Shown one piece after another: positions 13,510 through 27,620 of a stretch of 64,000 nt of DNA. Location: positions 23,622,001-23,686,000 of the forward strand of contig NC_086108.1 of assembly GCF_963921235.1 (NCBI RefSeq), in the 5' to 3' direction. Origin of the DNA: Mobula hypostoma (taxonomy: Eukaryota). Made by a program: the position numbers and the translations under genes. Numbering within the stretch: the stretch's first letter is position 1; each line of letters starts with the position of its first letter. The notes below the pieces were generated by a model that saw only the letters and a program-made list of their open reading frames with translations, was not told where the DNA came from and did no database searches.

Positions 13510-13805
13510 TTACATTTTCCTCCATTTTGCTTTAGTATCGTACCCCCAAAACAAACCTCCCCCCCACCCACCCTCCCCGAACATATCATGGCAGCTAATA
13601 TATCTACAACACAACAATTCACAGATACAAGTACGGACATTTCACAACCGTACCCCCACACTACTTCAATACGACGGCTCATACACATCTGCAACATGTC
13701 AGATGATCCAAAATACACTCATATTTACAATTCATCAACCACCCTGTGAGGTAAATTATAAGTGTGCTAAATGGGAGGCAACTTCCTAAGTACAATCAAA
13801 TGCCC

Positions 13806-16800
13806 TCAACTAGTAGGTAATTCCTTAAGACTCCCAAAATATGATAAGAAAGGTCCCCATTTTGAATAGAACTTTTTCACAGACCCCCTCAAAGTGAATT
13901 TAATCTTTTCTAATTTCAGAAAAAACATTACATCTTCTAACCAAGCAGCAGCAGTTGGGGGAGTGGCAGATTTCCAAACCAGCAAAATTCTCCTATGGGC
14001 CAATAGCGATGTAAATGCAATGATATCCGACTGGCTTGCATTTAAACCCAAATCATCATCTGCCACACCAAATACAGCTATAAGTGGGCAAGGTCTCAGT
14101 GTCACCCCCAAAACCTCACTGATAATTTTAAAAACCAGTGCCCAATAGTCATCAAGCCGAGGGCATGACCAAAATGCATGTATTAAACCAGCCGGAGAGA
14201 AGGAACACCTGTCACAGCCAGCGTCTGTCCCAGGGTATATGTCTGCCAGTCTGGCTTTACTTAAATGTACCCTGTGTAAAACTTTGAATTGTATGAGCCC
14301 CAGTCTAGCACATGATGATGAGAAATGAACCCTATTCAATACTTTTGCCCAATATTCTTCCGCAAGGTCCATACCGAGGTCGTCCTCCCACCTACTCTTA
14401 GTTTTGTTTAGATCTTGAACTCCCAAAGACATCAGCTGAGAGTATAGTTCAGAAATCAGCCCCTTATTGTTAAAGCTAAGAGTGAATTTTTCCCATAACA
14501 TAGCAGGTGGTAGAACAGGAAAAGAGGGAAATTTTTCCTTGACAAAGTGGCGAATCTGCAGGTATTTAAAAAAATGATTATGCGTAAGGGCATACTTACC
14601 GTGCAGGTTATTAAAACTATCAAATATGCTATCAGTATTCAAACTCCATTGTCTAAAAGCTGAATCGAATGTGGAGGGAGGAAATAAATGGTTTTTATGA
14701 ATGGGGCCCAAAACTGAAGCTGATATGAACTTATAGTGGCAGCGAAATTGATTAAAAATTTTGAGGGTAGAGAGCACGACCGGGTTAGATGTGAATTGAG
14801 AGGATTTCAATGGTAAGGAAGAATACACCAAAGCTGGGAGAGACGAGGAGTGGCAAGATCGTGACTCAAGCAGGCACCAGATTATATCTGGCCGGTGAAG
14901 CCAAAATAATACTTTTTGAATGTTCGATGCCCAGTAATAATGAATAAAGCTGGGAAGACCCATTCCACCTATGTCACGACCTCTTTGAAGAATGCGCTTA
15001 TTAACCCTTGGGACCTTATTTTCCCAAATAAAGGAGGTTATAGCTTGATCAACTGATTTAAAAAATAACTTAGATAAGAAAACTGGCAAACACTGAAACA
15101 AATAGAGAAATCAAGGAAGTATAGTTATTTTCACTGACTGAATTCTCCCAGCTATAGTAAGGGGTAAACTGCGCCATCTCTCGAAATCAGCCTTCATTTG
15201 GCTAACCTGAGGCCTGTAGTTAGCTTCAAACAGAGATGTAAAAGAGCGAGTAATATGTATTCCTAGGTATACAAAACCATCTTGAGATAAAGGAAAGGGC
15301 AAGGACTCCTGTCAGATCTGTAGGGCCAAGTTATTAATGGGAAAGCATTTGCTTTTTTGAAAGTTCAGTTTATAGCCAGAGAAGGCTCCAAATTGACCTA
15401 ATAATGACTACTACCTATAGGGTCGCTAACATAAAGTAAGAGGTCATCAGCATATAGGGAAACACGGTGTTCCATGTCCCCTCTTATAACACCTTGAAAT
15501 AATGTAGTTGACTTAATTGCAATAGAAAGAGGCTCAATTGCAATTGCAAAAAGAAGAGGGGACAGTGGGCAGCCTTAGCGAGTGCCATGTTTTAATGGGA
15601 AATAGCCAGATCGAAAATAATTTGTCTGTATACACGCTGAAGGCGAGTGGTATAATAGCTTAACCCAAGCTATAAATATTCTGCCAAATCCAAATTTCTC
15701 CAAAACACTAAATAAGTATACCCATTCCACTCTATCAAATGCCTTCTCCGCGTCCAAGGCGATAACAACCTCTGGACTTGGAGAATCACTCAGTGAATAA
15801 ACCACATCAGCCAGTTGACGGATATTAAAAAAAGAATAGTGATTTTTAATAAAACCTGTTTGATCATCTGAAATTATCTTGGGAAGGGGATGTTCTAAAC
15901 GACATGCAAGCACTTTAGCCAAAATTTTCACATCTACATTCAAAAGTGAAATGGGGCGATATGATCCACATTGAGTCGGGTCGTTGTCCTTTTTAAGAAG
16001 TAGTGAAATAGCTGCCTGTGAAAGAGAAGGGGGTAAGGAGCCATTCTCCAAAGATTCCTGAAACACTTCTAGAAGGACCGGTGTGAGCTTATCCTTAAAT
16101 TTCTTATAAAATTCTATTGGATAACCATCAGGACCTGGGGACTTACCACTCTGCATAGCCATAATGGCATTATTAATCTCTTCCTGCCCAAGAGCCCGAT
16201 CTAGGTTCTCCACTTCCTCTGGTTCAAGAGTTGGTATTTCCAAATTATCTAAAAAACGTTCCATATTTGTTTTATCTGAGGGGAACTCTGAGGCATACAG
16301 AGAGGAATAAAAAGTTGCAAAGATGTTATTAATCTCTTTTGGATTGCTTGTCAAGTTCTGGTGCATGTCTCTTACCTGAGGAATAAGTCGTGATGCAGCT
16401 TGACGTTTCAACTGATGAGCCATAAGCCGGCTTGCCTTGTCACCATATTCATAATAGAGGCCACGTGTCTTAAGAATTAATTGTTCTGATAGGTTTGTAG
16501 ATAGAAGATTAAACTTCGCTTGCAAATCAACCCGGCTTTTATATAATTGCGCAGTGGGTGCCTCAGAGTATTTTCTATCCAGGTCCCAAATAGATTTCAA
16601 TAACACTTGCATTTCCTTCCTACGCTCTTTATTGGAATGTGAAGTATAAGATATTATTTGACCCCTCAAGTAAGCTTTTAAAGTTTCCCAAAGTAAAGAG
16701 TACGATACCGACTCAGTTTTGTTAGTCTCGAAGAATGTGTCAATGTTAGCCAATATATAACTACAAAATTTCTCATTAGAAAGCAAAAGGGGGTTAAGTC

Positions 16801-17548
16801 TCCACAGAGGCCGTTCTCTAACGTTTAAAGGAAAACATAGGTCCAGTTTCACGGGCGAGTGATCAGATATAACTATAGCAGTGTATTCAATTTGTCTAAT
16901 CATAGGTATCAAGGAATTATCTATAAAGAAATAGTCTAGTCTAGAGAAGAAAGAGAATTGCCTAACTGATGGATTCAAAAATCTCCAAGGATCCATATAA
17001 CCATTTTGTTGCATAAACATCGAGAAGGCCTTTGCCATACCAGAAAATGTTCCCCTAGGGCAAGACCTATCAAGCAGTGGGCCAATAGCACAGTTCAAAT
17101 CTCCGGAAGAGATTAGCTTATGTGTATTCAGGTTAGGTATTAATGACAAAACCCTATTTGCAAATTGAACATCGTCCCAATTAGGAGCATAAACATTTAC
17201 CAAAATAACAGGTATCTGAAAGAGAGAGCCAGAGACTATAATAAAGCGACCATTAGGGTCACTGATTACATCAGATGGTGTGAACTGCATTCTTTTGGTG
17301 ATTAATATTGCCACCCCCCTGGACCTACTATTAAATCTGGAATGAAAAACCTGACTAATCCATGCTTTACGAAGTCTATTATGGTCCTCCACTCTTAAAT
17401 GTGTCTCTTGTAGAAATAGTATATCAGCTTTTAATTGTTTCAGATGAGAGAAAACTTTAGCTCTTTTAACCGGACCATTAAGCCCCTTTACATTCCAAGA
17501 AATAAACCTCACAGGGTGGCCTCCATCAGCTGCACTCATGTTAACCAT
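13806..17548 (-). pseudogene. L1 ORF2p (APE endonuclease, RT, C-terminal Cys domain), disrupted by a stop at ~15575 and frameshifts at ~15100-15420
   Basis: SWNVKGL, FLQETH, NVYAPN, SDHSPV, KSPGPDG, YRPISLLN, LDAEKAFDRV, LYADD, CDRC...HAFWSC. Confidence 0.92.
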
Positions 17549-18158
17549 ATCAAAAGACACACAGGGCCTACAATCCAAAACAGTGCGAGGGTATAAGTTG
17601 CACACAATAACGCACAATAAAAAGAAAGTCTGATCAATCCGTAACACACAAAAGAATAAACTGCCATGGTAATCCCCCAAAACACTCCCCCCACCCCTTT
17701 ACACAAACAAAAAAACCCAATTAACCCCCGAAGCCTAGATCTACCTCCCCAATTGAGGATGATTGCAGGCAGTACCCAACAAAAAACTTCCAAGGCGTCC
17801 CCCATACAACCCAACTTTCAATCTAATCTAGGGTGGCTCCCCTCCCTAAAATTTATCCTATCAGTTATACTACCTTTAATATAACATATAGGCTAAAGAT
17901 AACACAGGCCAAGCTAAGCATTAAAACCAAAAAAAAAACACACTGGGCAACTTAAACACCCGAGATATAAATCCCAAATATTTACATTTTGCTGGTTGAA
18001 AGTTTTTGTTAATCAGTTTCGGCAGCATAGCAGTTCGACCCGATCGCGTTCCACAAATTAAACTGGAAAAAATGAACAAAGAAGTGGATTGTGAAAATTA
18101 ACAGTTTGCCTCGGTATGAGGCCCCTTCAATGCTGCATGAATAACCTAAAAAAAAAAG

Positions 18159-19067
18159 TCATTGCTCTTCTCGTTCTTCTTCCCCCCAGCGCGAATGGTA
18201 AAACTCTTTGGCCGCCTCTGGTGTATGGAAATAATGCTTTTTACCTTCATGCATGACCCAGAGCTGGGCAGGATACAAGAGGCCAAACCTGACCCCTTTC
18301 CCGTAAAGCAGGGATTTCACCTCCTTGAAAGCTGCCCGTTTTTTACCCAGCTCCGCACTAAAATATTCATTAAAAAACACGCGGTGTCCGCGGAAATACA
18401 GCTCCTGCTTCCGTCTGTTGATGATGCGTTGCTTATCTTGAAAGGAATGAAAGCAAACCAGGAACGTTCTGGGTCTCGTTTGCTTGGTTCCAGAGACACC
18501 AGATGGTTTACGTTCGACTCGGTGAGCACGCGAAAGTACGAGAGGACTTGGGAAAAAATCTGCCCCCAGCACTTCGTCAAAAAACTCGGTCATAAATTTA
18601 ACAGGGTCCGAACCTTCCAAATTTTCAGGAATGCCGACCACTCTCAAATTAGATCTCCGCGACCGATTTTCGAGGTCATCTAGCTTTCCGTTCAGAACTG
18701 CGTTTTCGCTCTGCAACGCTGCAATGGCGGCTTCGGCGCTCACCAGTCAATCACTGTAATCATGCAGGCCGTCTTCAACCCCACGAATGCGTTCGTCGTG
18801 TGTCTCGTAAGCAGACATAATTTGTTCCATGGTAGGAGTCACTGGTGATAAAGCATCTTCAAGTTCCCTTTTTAGGGCAGAATGCACCACTTGCGTCATG
18901 TCAGTAATAAGCACTAAACGAAGCCTCTCCAAGTCATCGGGTAGGGCAGGTCCGGGACCAGCTCCAGCAGCGTGCAATGGCGCCATTACTGTAACATCTG
19001 CCTTCTTGCTCGAGGCTTCGCTATCTTTTTCCCCAGCTTTACTTCGAAGGTACATTCTACTTGCCAT
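18159..19067 (-). pseudogene. L1 ORF1p (coiled coil + RRM + CTD) with one in-frame stop near 18745
   Basis: LDDLENRSRRSNLRVVGIPE, LSRAHRV, GLLYPAQL motifs; two in-frame ORF halves. Confidence 0.9.
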
Positions 19068-20329
19068 TTCAATGTCCAGCTATGTCCCGCGTTGTTCACA
19101 ATGGTAAGTATCCAGTTATCTCGAGCATACAGCAAAGATAAACAGGTAGATTTTCAATAAAAATCGGGAGCCACACTCACACGCACCAACTCACTCCATA
19201 CTCGACGCCGGAAGTCGGATCAACTTTATTTTATATGTATTAGGCATTTGATGGTCAGGGTGTGACATGCAACAAAAATCAAGATTCAACAACCATGAAG
19301 AATAAAAGGTTAAAGCATTAATATGGAATAAAGTGTGCATAAAACATAAATAATTGGAATGTAGAGAGAATTATGAAAAGTGTTTTAAAGTGCTTAGAGT
19401 GCAATGTAGTGACAGGGATTATGAATGGAGCGGATTGAACCAGGGTCACTGGAGATGTGAAACATCAAGTATACTTACTGTACTGTTCTTGCACAACCAT
19501 TTGTGGGGGATTGGGTTCTGAATTTGGTCCTAGCTGACTAAGCTCTTCTTGCAATGGTGCATTAGTTATATCATTGTTCTCGATCAGACTAAAACCTGGT
19601 GCAGTTCCTATATATCCAGTCGATGATCTCTCAGAAAGGAGCTACCAGGTAAAGACTTACTGGCATCTTTTGTTATTGCAAATCTGCTTATAAACTGATG
19701 AGTTCAAAAATGTAAACAGAAATGCAGGTCCAACTGAAATATAGGAACCCTGACATTTAAAACTGGCAAGTCCAAACAATGTCCCAGAACTAAATGGCAA
19801 TTCACTATTTTGGCAATCATCATTTTCAGGCTGACTATCAACAGTTACTGAAATGTGTGAGTATTTCCTCAGCACAGGAATATTGTCAGTGTAGTTGGAA
19901 GGGCTGATGATTGTAAAATGGATGAATATTTCCACAGTTCACCTGAATTCAGAACAGGTGTTATCCAACAACAGCTATATGTCAAAGTGCACAGTTTATG
20001 AAAAGGGATTAAATGTATTGATTTACTGTCAGTTTAGTAACTGCTTGAGCTGAATAGTAGAAGTATCACTACTCTCCACATATTCCAGTCTCAAGATCGA
20101 GTACAAGCATCAATAATGGAAAGTACAGACACCATTTCTCAACCAGTTCTGCTCATTAACGGCAATCTGAATCCAAACAACCACTCTGCCATCACATTCT
20201 TTCCTCCCCCTTAATTTCTACTACTGCTTACCCATATTTTGATGTTGATCTGGCATACACACCTATCATTAGCACGTTTGATTGTCTCACAAACTTCACT
20301 TTAAATATAGTCTCCTCTTCCTTGTCCTA

Positions 20330-20770
20330 GGAACATAGAGAATTACAGCCCTACATTTTTCTATCATCCATGTGCCTATCTTTAAGCTTCTTGAATGTCC
20401 CTAATGTATCTGCCTCTACCACCACCCCTGGCAGGTTATTCCACGCACCCACCACTCTCTGTATAAAGAATTTACTTCTGACATCCCCCTGTACCTTCCT
20501 CCAATCATCTTAAAATTATGTCCCCTTGTAATAGCTATTCCTGCCCTGGGAAAAAGTCTCTGGATATCCACTTGATCTATGCTTCATATGATCTCGTACA
20601 CCTCTAATCTCTGATCCTCCTTCGCTCCCAAATGAAAAGACATAGCTTGCTGAACCTATCTTCATAAGACATGCCCTCTCGTTGAGGCAGCATCCTGGTA
20701 GAGCTTCTCTGCACTCTCAAAGCTTTCACATACCTCCTATAACGAGGTGACCAGAACTGAACAACAGTAA
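20330..20770 (-). mobile_element. CR1 3' fragment
   Basis: VQFWSPRYRR..LRVQR..TRMLP on the minus strand plus a CR1-like 3' UTR. Confidence 0.8.
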
Positions 20771-21607
20771 ATATATATGTTCCTTCAAGCCAGATCCCAT
20801 AATCATTGCTTCTACCTCTCTCCAGTCTCACTTTGCAGTTTTAAAGACTTCAGTTAACCCCACGCACCTCCTTCAATCATCTTCAGCTCCATCGATTTTT
20901 CAAATCACTTTTTCTTTGTCTGTAACCTGCCCTTCATTGCCTCATTACACTAGAAAATAGAATTTAAATCTGCATTCTGCACTTTATCTCTGATTGTACT
21001 TGTGAAACAGGATTGATGGAATTAACAGATGATTCCTAAACCAGACTCTGAGTTTTATTCCATACTGAACATTTTGTCTTATTGATTTCAGTCATGTCTT
21101 AAAACAAGATAGATTGCGAGGGAACTATGCACTCTCTGGAAAAGAGCAAGGAAGCCTATGGAAGGAATTAACTTGACCTTACTTCAAACACCTCCTGGAT
21201 CTAATTAGAATGTAATACTAACAGAAACTTGGAACAGAGTTAACACCTTCATCTTCATTACACCACCCTCCTGTGCATTCACCCTCCTATCCATGTGGTC
21301 TCGTGTACTATGCAAGCTAAGCAACTATAACAATAACTTGCTTGTTTGGCATGTTTGGTGCCTCTCAGTGCTTCATAAGGTAGGGCAGCAATGGGCGAAG
21401 TCAAAAATTAACTCAGGTGGTGAAAAACTTTTAACAGCTGACCCCAAAATATGGTTTTCAGAGTTTAGAGCTTAAGGAGCCAAAGGCACGTTTGCCAACT
21501 ATCAGGGACATTGAAGCAGGTAGAACTGAAAGAACATAGCATCCTTGGAGAGTTGTATAGTTCAAGGAATGCTGAAAAAGAGTGAAGGTAAACCTTCAGG
21601 GCTGTTG

Positions 21608-22185
21608 CAGACATCCCACCTCTCCCGGAAGTTCTGGAAGTCTCCCGCATATTAATAGTGGCTCCCTGATGCCCGCAAATTATATACAATATCACGGAAA
21701 TCAATTTTTTTGAGAGCGAGTGAGAGAAAGCAAGAGAGAGTGTGAGAACGACCATGACAGAGAGCGTGCAAGCGAGAGAGCGAGAGCGTGCAAGCAACCG
21801 TGAGAGAGAGAGAGCGAGGGAGAGTGTGAGCGAGAGCGCGCCATGGCAGAGTGTTCCAAAAAAAGAAAATATAAAACGTACATCACCCCAGACTACACTA
21901 AGGTGTACCCCTGCCTAAAAGGGGTCAAAATAATGACAGTGTTGCTCGCTGCACTGTTTGCAACAGTGACTTTTCTATTGCCCATGGTGGGTTAAGACTG
22001 TAAAAGACATGTTGAGGTGAGTTTAACAGGTGTCATTCGTTCATTAGCATAGCTAACATTATTTAAACTAGCTGACTAGCTGCTAAGGAGCTACTCTATT
22101 GCAGACATCCCACCTCTCCCGGAAGTAGCCCGCAAATTGATAGTGCTACCTCTCTGAAATGAGTTTTTGCAGGGTGGGATGTCTG
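21608..22185. mobile_element. MITE-like DNA element with terminal inverted repeat CAGACATCCCACC
   Basis: CAGACATCCCACC at 21608 and GGTGGGATGTCTG ending at 22185; flanks CTGTTG / CTATTG; internal GA-rich repeat. Confidence 0.7.
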
Positions 22186-25100
22186 CTATTGTAGACTCAG
22201 ATTTGAAGACTATCTTTGTGAATCCCTTGTAATAGGAGCCAGTGAGGATAAGCATGCAGGGTGAACAAGATAAAACAATTTATGATATAAGCAGCAGGGT
22301 TTTGGATCAATGCACATTTATAAAAAGCACATGCATTGGAATAATTAAATTTAGAGACAACAAGAGAGGGTTTCAGCTGCAATGGGCCAAGGAAAAAGAT
22401 GGGAATGGATGGTACAGCTGATGGCAGGAATGTGGGTTATAATCTCAGCTCGATGGCAATCATGTTGATCCATAACATCTAACACATCAGCTTCAAAACA
22501 TCTGCCAAATAAGATATTAGAATGAGGAAGTGGTCCAAGATTCATATTTTAAACATAAATAAGGGCATCTGGGATGACATGAAAGTGGAGCTAGCTAAAG
22601 TGAACTGGCAAATTAGGTTAAGTGATCAGTCAGTCCAGATGTGCTGAAAGATTTTTAAGGATTAGCTTTTTATTTGTCACATGCGCCGTACATTGAAACA
22701 TACAGTAAAATGCATTGTTTATGTCAAATCAAATCAGTGAGAATCATGCTGGGCAGCCCAACATAGCATGTCTGTAATTACTAACCTTAACCGCACGTCT
22801 TTGGAATTCGGTAGGAAAATGAAGCAGCCAGAGGAAAGATATGTAGTCAGAGGAGAACGTGCAAAGTCCTTACAGACAGCAGCTGGTATCAAATCCCAAT
22901 CATACAACTGGTGCTGTTAAGTATGGCACTAACTGCTATACTGATATGTGGTTGCAGCTCTTTGAGGGTCTCTGCCAGAATACACAAAATAGGTACACCC
23001 CAACATGGAAGAACAAATGAAGGGGAGGACTTACCACCTGTGGCAAATTTAAAATATTAGTAGTTGTAAAGACAACGGTGGTGTAATTGGTCATTCTAAA
23101 TTACATCTGCTGTGTGGATGAGTGGTAGATCTTGGAGGATGTTCATGGGAATGTGGGAAGGGTAGGTTACAGTGTCATCATCTTCCACCAGCTCCACTGT
23201 TGAGGTCTTAGCTGGATTGCTCTTTGTCTGGAGCTTCCCCCTTGGTCTTATCTCCAGGGGTGACCCTACCAGGAGTTAAACTCAGGATGGCATTGCTCTT
23301 GGGATTTCAGGAACTCACAAGCCTTTCCACCGTGACAAGGTGATGATCCCTTGAGAAGAATCCAGCTTTCTTCATTACTTGCTGTTCATCTAGGAGGAAG
23401 GCTGCAGCAGTGAAGGGTCCCCAGTCATTTTGCACTGCATGCCACGGGATCCTGATCCGATCTGCCAGGGACCATATGGTGGCTCCTGTGCATCAGCCTC
23501 CCCAAGTTAAACAAAGTCTCGCACAGGCATTCTCTATTAAGGGGGGGGGGCGATGATGCAGCAGTCTCCATCATCGCAAATCAATGAATTGATTTGTTAT
23601 GCTCCCATCTCACTGTGAAAGGATGACATATCTTTGTCCCTATACTGGCGAGAGAGAGAGCCTGTGGTATGTCAGTTTGATGATGTGACCAATTAGCTTT
23701 TGCTGTACTGCAGATCATGGCCTTTCTTGAGGGCTTTGTTTGCTTGGTGGGTAGAGGGTGCTGACGCTTTTTTTTGCAGAATTAAGTGGAGGAGGGGAGA
23801 AGGTCATTGATTTGCTACTGTTTGTGTGTGGGAGGAGGGAGTAAGGGATCTTTGGGGTTCTAACGGTTTTACTGTCACTGATTCTTTGGGACATTTTTCT
23901 GTTTTCATGATGTCTGTGAAGAACAAGAATTCGGGTTGTATATTTCTCTGATATTAAATGGAACCATTGAACTCTTTTGTCAGAAAAACAAATTCAAGGC
24001 ATCTTGGCAGCACCCCGATCTAAACAATGGTATCTCATTGACCTCATCATGGTCCAAAATAGGCACCATTGTGATGTAAATATCACAAGGATCATGATTG
24101 GCACAGATGATGGCTGGACAGATCATCATCTGATCCTCTCTATCATGACCATTAGACTCGAAGATGAAAAGGAGAAGGGTTCATAAGAAGCAGACCAGGC
24201 CAAGACTAAAACTTGTCAGCCTGTTTGATACTGCCACTCAACAGCGACTTCAGGCCTTGTTTGAGAAAAACCTCCAAAAGAAACATCCAGACAATATCGA
24301 AGGACACTTGGGTCTGCTTAACTCCACCATTATCAATACCTGCAACACACCCTTGGGTATAAGTCCAGAAAACATCAGGATTGGTTTGATGATAGTGACA
24401 AGGAGGCAGATCAACTTATCTCCAAGAAAAGGAAAGTCTTTTGTGCTAGGCAGAATGACATTGGTAGCAAGGCCAAAAGACAAGCTTACTGCAGAGCCAA
24501 GGCAAATGTCCAGCGCAGTGTAAGGGAACTAAGTAAGTTGTAGTGGACTGAGAAAGCTCTGGAAGTCCAGAGACTGGTGACATGAGAGGTTTCCTCAGTG
24601 CCACCAAAATAGTCCAAGTTACTTTGGATTAAATCCCCTGCACTGAAAGGATGTGAAGACCTTGCTAAACGTTTGGAAGAATATCAATGATCAATGGGGA
24701 GAGAACTTTCAAGAACTTCTTAACCATGACAGCACTGCTGAACCAGAGGTTACTAACCAAATCTGCCAGAGACATGGGGGAATCCTCCCAATGTGAAAGA
24801 CTCATGAAGCCTGAAAAGCAACAAACCACTGGTCCTGACTGCATCCCAGGAGAGATCCTTCAGTAAGTTAGACCAGCACTCCCGCACCACATACACATCC
24901 TGCTCTTGAAGATCTGTGAAAAGCAACAACTGCCCTCAGAGCTCAGGGATACTCTAATAGTGACCACATTCAAGGAGAGAGACAATGTGGATTGTGTTAA
25001 TTACAGAGATGTCTCCTCCTGTCAACAACAGGCAAAGTTCTTGTACGTATCCTTGTCAACCAACTCCTTCTGCTACCTGAAGAAATGCTCTCTGATTCGC

Positions 25101-25805
25101 AATGTGGTTTCAGTCCATTCAGAGGTACCGTAGACATAATCTTCAGAGAATGACAATTACAGGAAAATGCCGTGAAAAATGCAATCTTTGTACGGTTTTC
25201 ATAGATTAGACAAAGACATTTAATGCAGTAGATCGTCAAGCTCTCTGGCATATGCTATCAAGATATGGCTGCCCTGACAAGTACTTACCAATACTGAGGC
25301 TAGTGCCTATCGGCATGTCAACCACAGTACTCAGCAATAGTAGTCCTGCCCAAACAGCCACTTATCCAGCCCTCCATGAAAGATATTGATATTGCCCTTG
25401 AAAACATTGACCACTTTGTCTAACTTGGCAATATTCTCTCCTCAAAAGCAGACATTGACCGAGAGATCAACCACCACCTCAGCAGTTCAAGTGGAACCTA
25501 TGCAAGATTAAGGAAAAGAGTCTTTGAAGGTACAAATAAAACTTTCGGTCCATAGAGCAGTCATCCTACCTACGTGATTTTACAGAACTTAATTATGGAC
25601 CACCCACAGTAGACACCTGAAAGCCCTGGAAGAACACCACCAAACAACCTTATGAAGTATCCCGAGGGTCAGCTGGAAGGATAGATGCACTAACACTAGC
25701 GTACTGGAGGAGACCAACATGAACAGCATCTCCATCACGATAAAGCAATACTCTCCTTCCCACCCTCCCCCACCTTCTTTCTAGGGCCTCTGCCCCTTCG
25801 TTCTT

Positions 25806-25843
25806 CAGTCCTGACGAAGGGTTCCAGCCCGAAATGTTGACTG
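25806..25843 (+). ncRNA. Minimal type I hammerhead ribozyme motif with intact core, in a ~150-bp Penelope terminal fragment (~25750-25901)
   Basis: CAGTC-CTGACGA-AGGG(TTCCAG)CCC-GAAA-TG-TT-GACTG. Confidence 0.72.
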
Positions 25844-26080
25844 ATCATTTCCACGGATGCTGCCCGGCCTGCTGAGTTCCTCCAGCGTGTTGTGAGTGTT
25901 GCACCAACTCCAAGGGATAGGTCATGTCATTCGGATGTCTGCCCAAACAGATCTTTTACTCCCAGTTGAAGGAAGGCCAACAAGCCCCTGGTGGGCAAAG
26001 GAAATGCTTCAAAGATAAAATAAAAATCAGCCTGACGAAACTCAACATTACATCTAAAAATTGGGATGCTATTACAATTA

Positions 26081-26390
26081 AAGTGTTGGCGCGTGGCCAA
26101 GTGATTAAGGTGTTCATCTAGTGATTTGAAGGTCACCAGTTTGAGCCTTGGCTGAGGCAGTGTGTGTGTCCTTGTGCAAGGCACTTAACCACACATTGCT
26201 CTGCGACGACACCGGTGCCAAGCTGTATGGGTTCTAATGCCCTTCCCTTGGACAACATCGGTAGCGTAGAGAGGGGAGACTTGCAGGATGGGCAACTGCT
26301 GGCCTTCCATACAACCTCGCTCAGGCCTGCGCCCTGGAAACCTTCCAAGGCACAAGTCCATGGTCTCATGATACTAACGGATGCCTGTTA
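26081..26390 (+). mobile_element. tRNA-derived SINE inserted in the RTE
   Basis: A-box TGGCCAAGTGA, degenerate B-box, 10-bp TSD ATTACAATTA at 26071-26080 and 26391-26400. Confidence 0.8.
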
Positions 26391-26869
26391 ATTACAATTA
26401 TTAGATACACCTGGAGGAAATATGTTTAAGAAGGAGCTGTGGTACATGAGAGCGACTTCTGCTGTATCACAGAAAACAAGCAGCAGCAGCAAATGGAGTC
26501 AAAGAACAACCAAAAGACCCAACCACTAATCACAGGTACTACTTACTTGTGTCCACATTGCGCCACAATATCTACATCACAAATCGGCCTCTACAGCCAC
26601 CTGAGGATCCATTAATAGACAAATTCATAGTAGAACACATACTCGGCTCGTGTGATCGTACTACTAGTAGGGGATGGGATTGTTCTGGAACAGACATAGA
26701 CTCGATAATCTGAAATGGCTCCTTTCAATGTTGCAAAAATGTACAGTAAAAAAATTAAACTGAAAGAAAACCTCACAATTGCACAAACTCAGGTGGCAGG
26801 TCACAAGATTGGACAGAATATAATAAAAGTTCAAAGAATGGCTGAAAGTTAGAGCAGAAGATAACTGAA

Positions 26870-27620
26870 GTTCCCAGTTAGCTGAAGTTTCATGGAAGTA
26901 GTTAAAAAGTTATTAAAAAGGCAAGCTACTATTTACGCGAGTAACAAATTATATATTTAAATAAAATATAGAACAAATTAGAATGCTATCAATACTACCA
27001 CAGCATTACAAAACTGTGTATTAGCTTCTAATAGTTATCAACGGAGCAATTCACCTAGTGTACACATTCTTTTGATTGACTGTAAATGAACAAAATCAGC
27101 ACAAACATGTAAGGTAGATACTGGGCTGCCTTCATACAATGATTGCATCCTCCAAATCATCATTTTCATTGTAACATTCAAGATGATTGTTGATACCTTC
27201 AAATTCTTCATAGTTCCTAACTTGTTGAAGTAGTGAAATCATTTCAATTTCACTCCTGGTCGATTCTGGCATCTCCAAGCATGAATGCTTGAAACCACAC
27301 TGAGCAAAACAGTTCTGAATTGTCTTTTTGCTTGTCTTTCAACAACTATCGGTGACAAAAATCACTGCTTTTTGAACATAAGCGCATGCAATTGATACTG
27401 TTTAAAAACCATTTGCTGTAAGCGTGGTGTACTGTCTAACAGCCACACAAGTGCACTCATCTCATGTTAGATCAAAACTGTTTGGGAACAGCCTCTTGCC
27501 CCAATTAAATGGTAAAATCTCCCAAATAAATGAAAGAAACCAGGCTACTTTCTTGATTATTGTTTGCTCTTTAAGAGTTGTCCCAACTAAGCAGCTGCCC
27601 TAATTAACTGGAATCCACTG
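26870..27620. mobile_element. Decayed pogo/Tigger-like non-autonomous DNA transposon
   Basis: Right end TAATTAACTGGAATCCACTG followed by TA; left TIR not resolved. Confidence 0.5.

Larger units (their letters stand above)
12775..19216 (-). mobile_element. Full-length L1-clade LINE with target-site duplication
   Basis: 5' end GACTTCCGG at 19216. TSD GGATCAACTTTATTTTAT at 12757-12774 and 19217-19234. (TAAA)n tail. ORF1 and ORF2 present. Confidence 0.93.
23975..26612 (+). mobile_element. Decayed RTE-clade LINE with nested Penelope fragment and SINE
   Basis: WYLIDLIMV and WTDHHLI (endonuclease end), NYR.VS (RT), LPKQIFYSQLKEG...GGQRKCFKD, C-terminal CPHC...GLYSHLRIH. Confidence 0.82.

Noticed and set aside
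12879..13749. 279-aa and 142-aa ORFs
   Set aside because: Antisense or non-coding frames of the Penelope pseudo-LTR and the L1 3' UTR.
19657..19935. Minus-strand open frame ending at a GTAAGT donor
   Set aside because: No resemblance to the expected next ASTN1 exon or to any protein I recognise, and the acceptor is weak.
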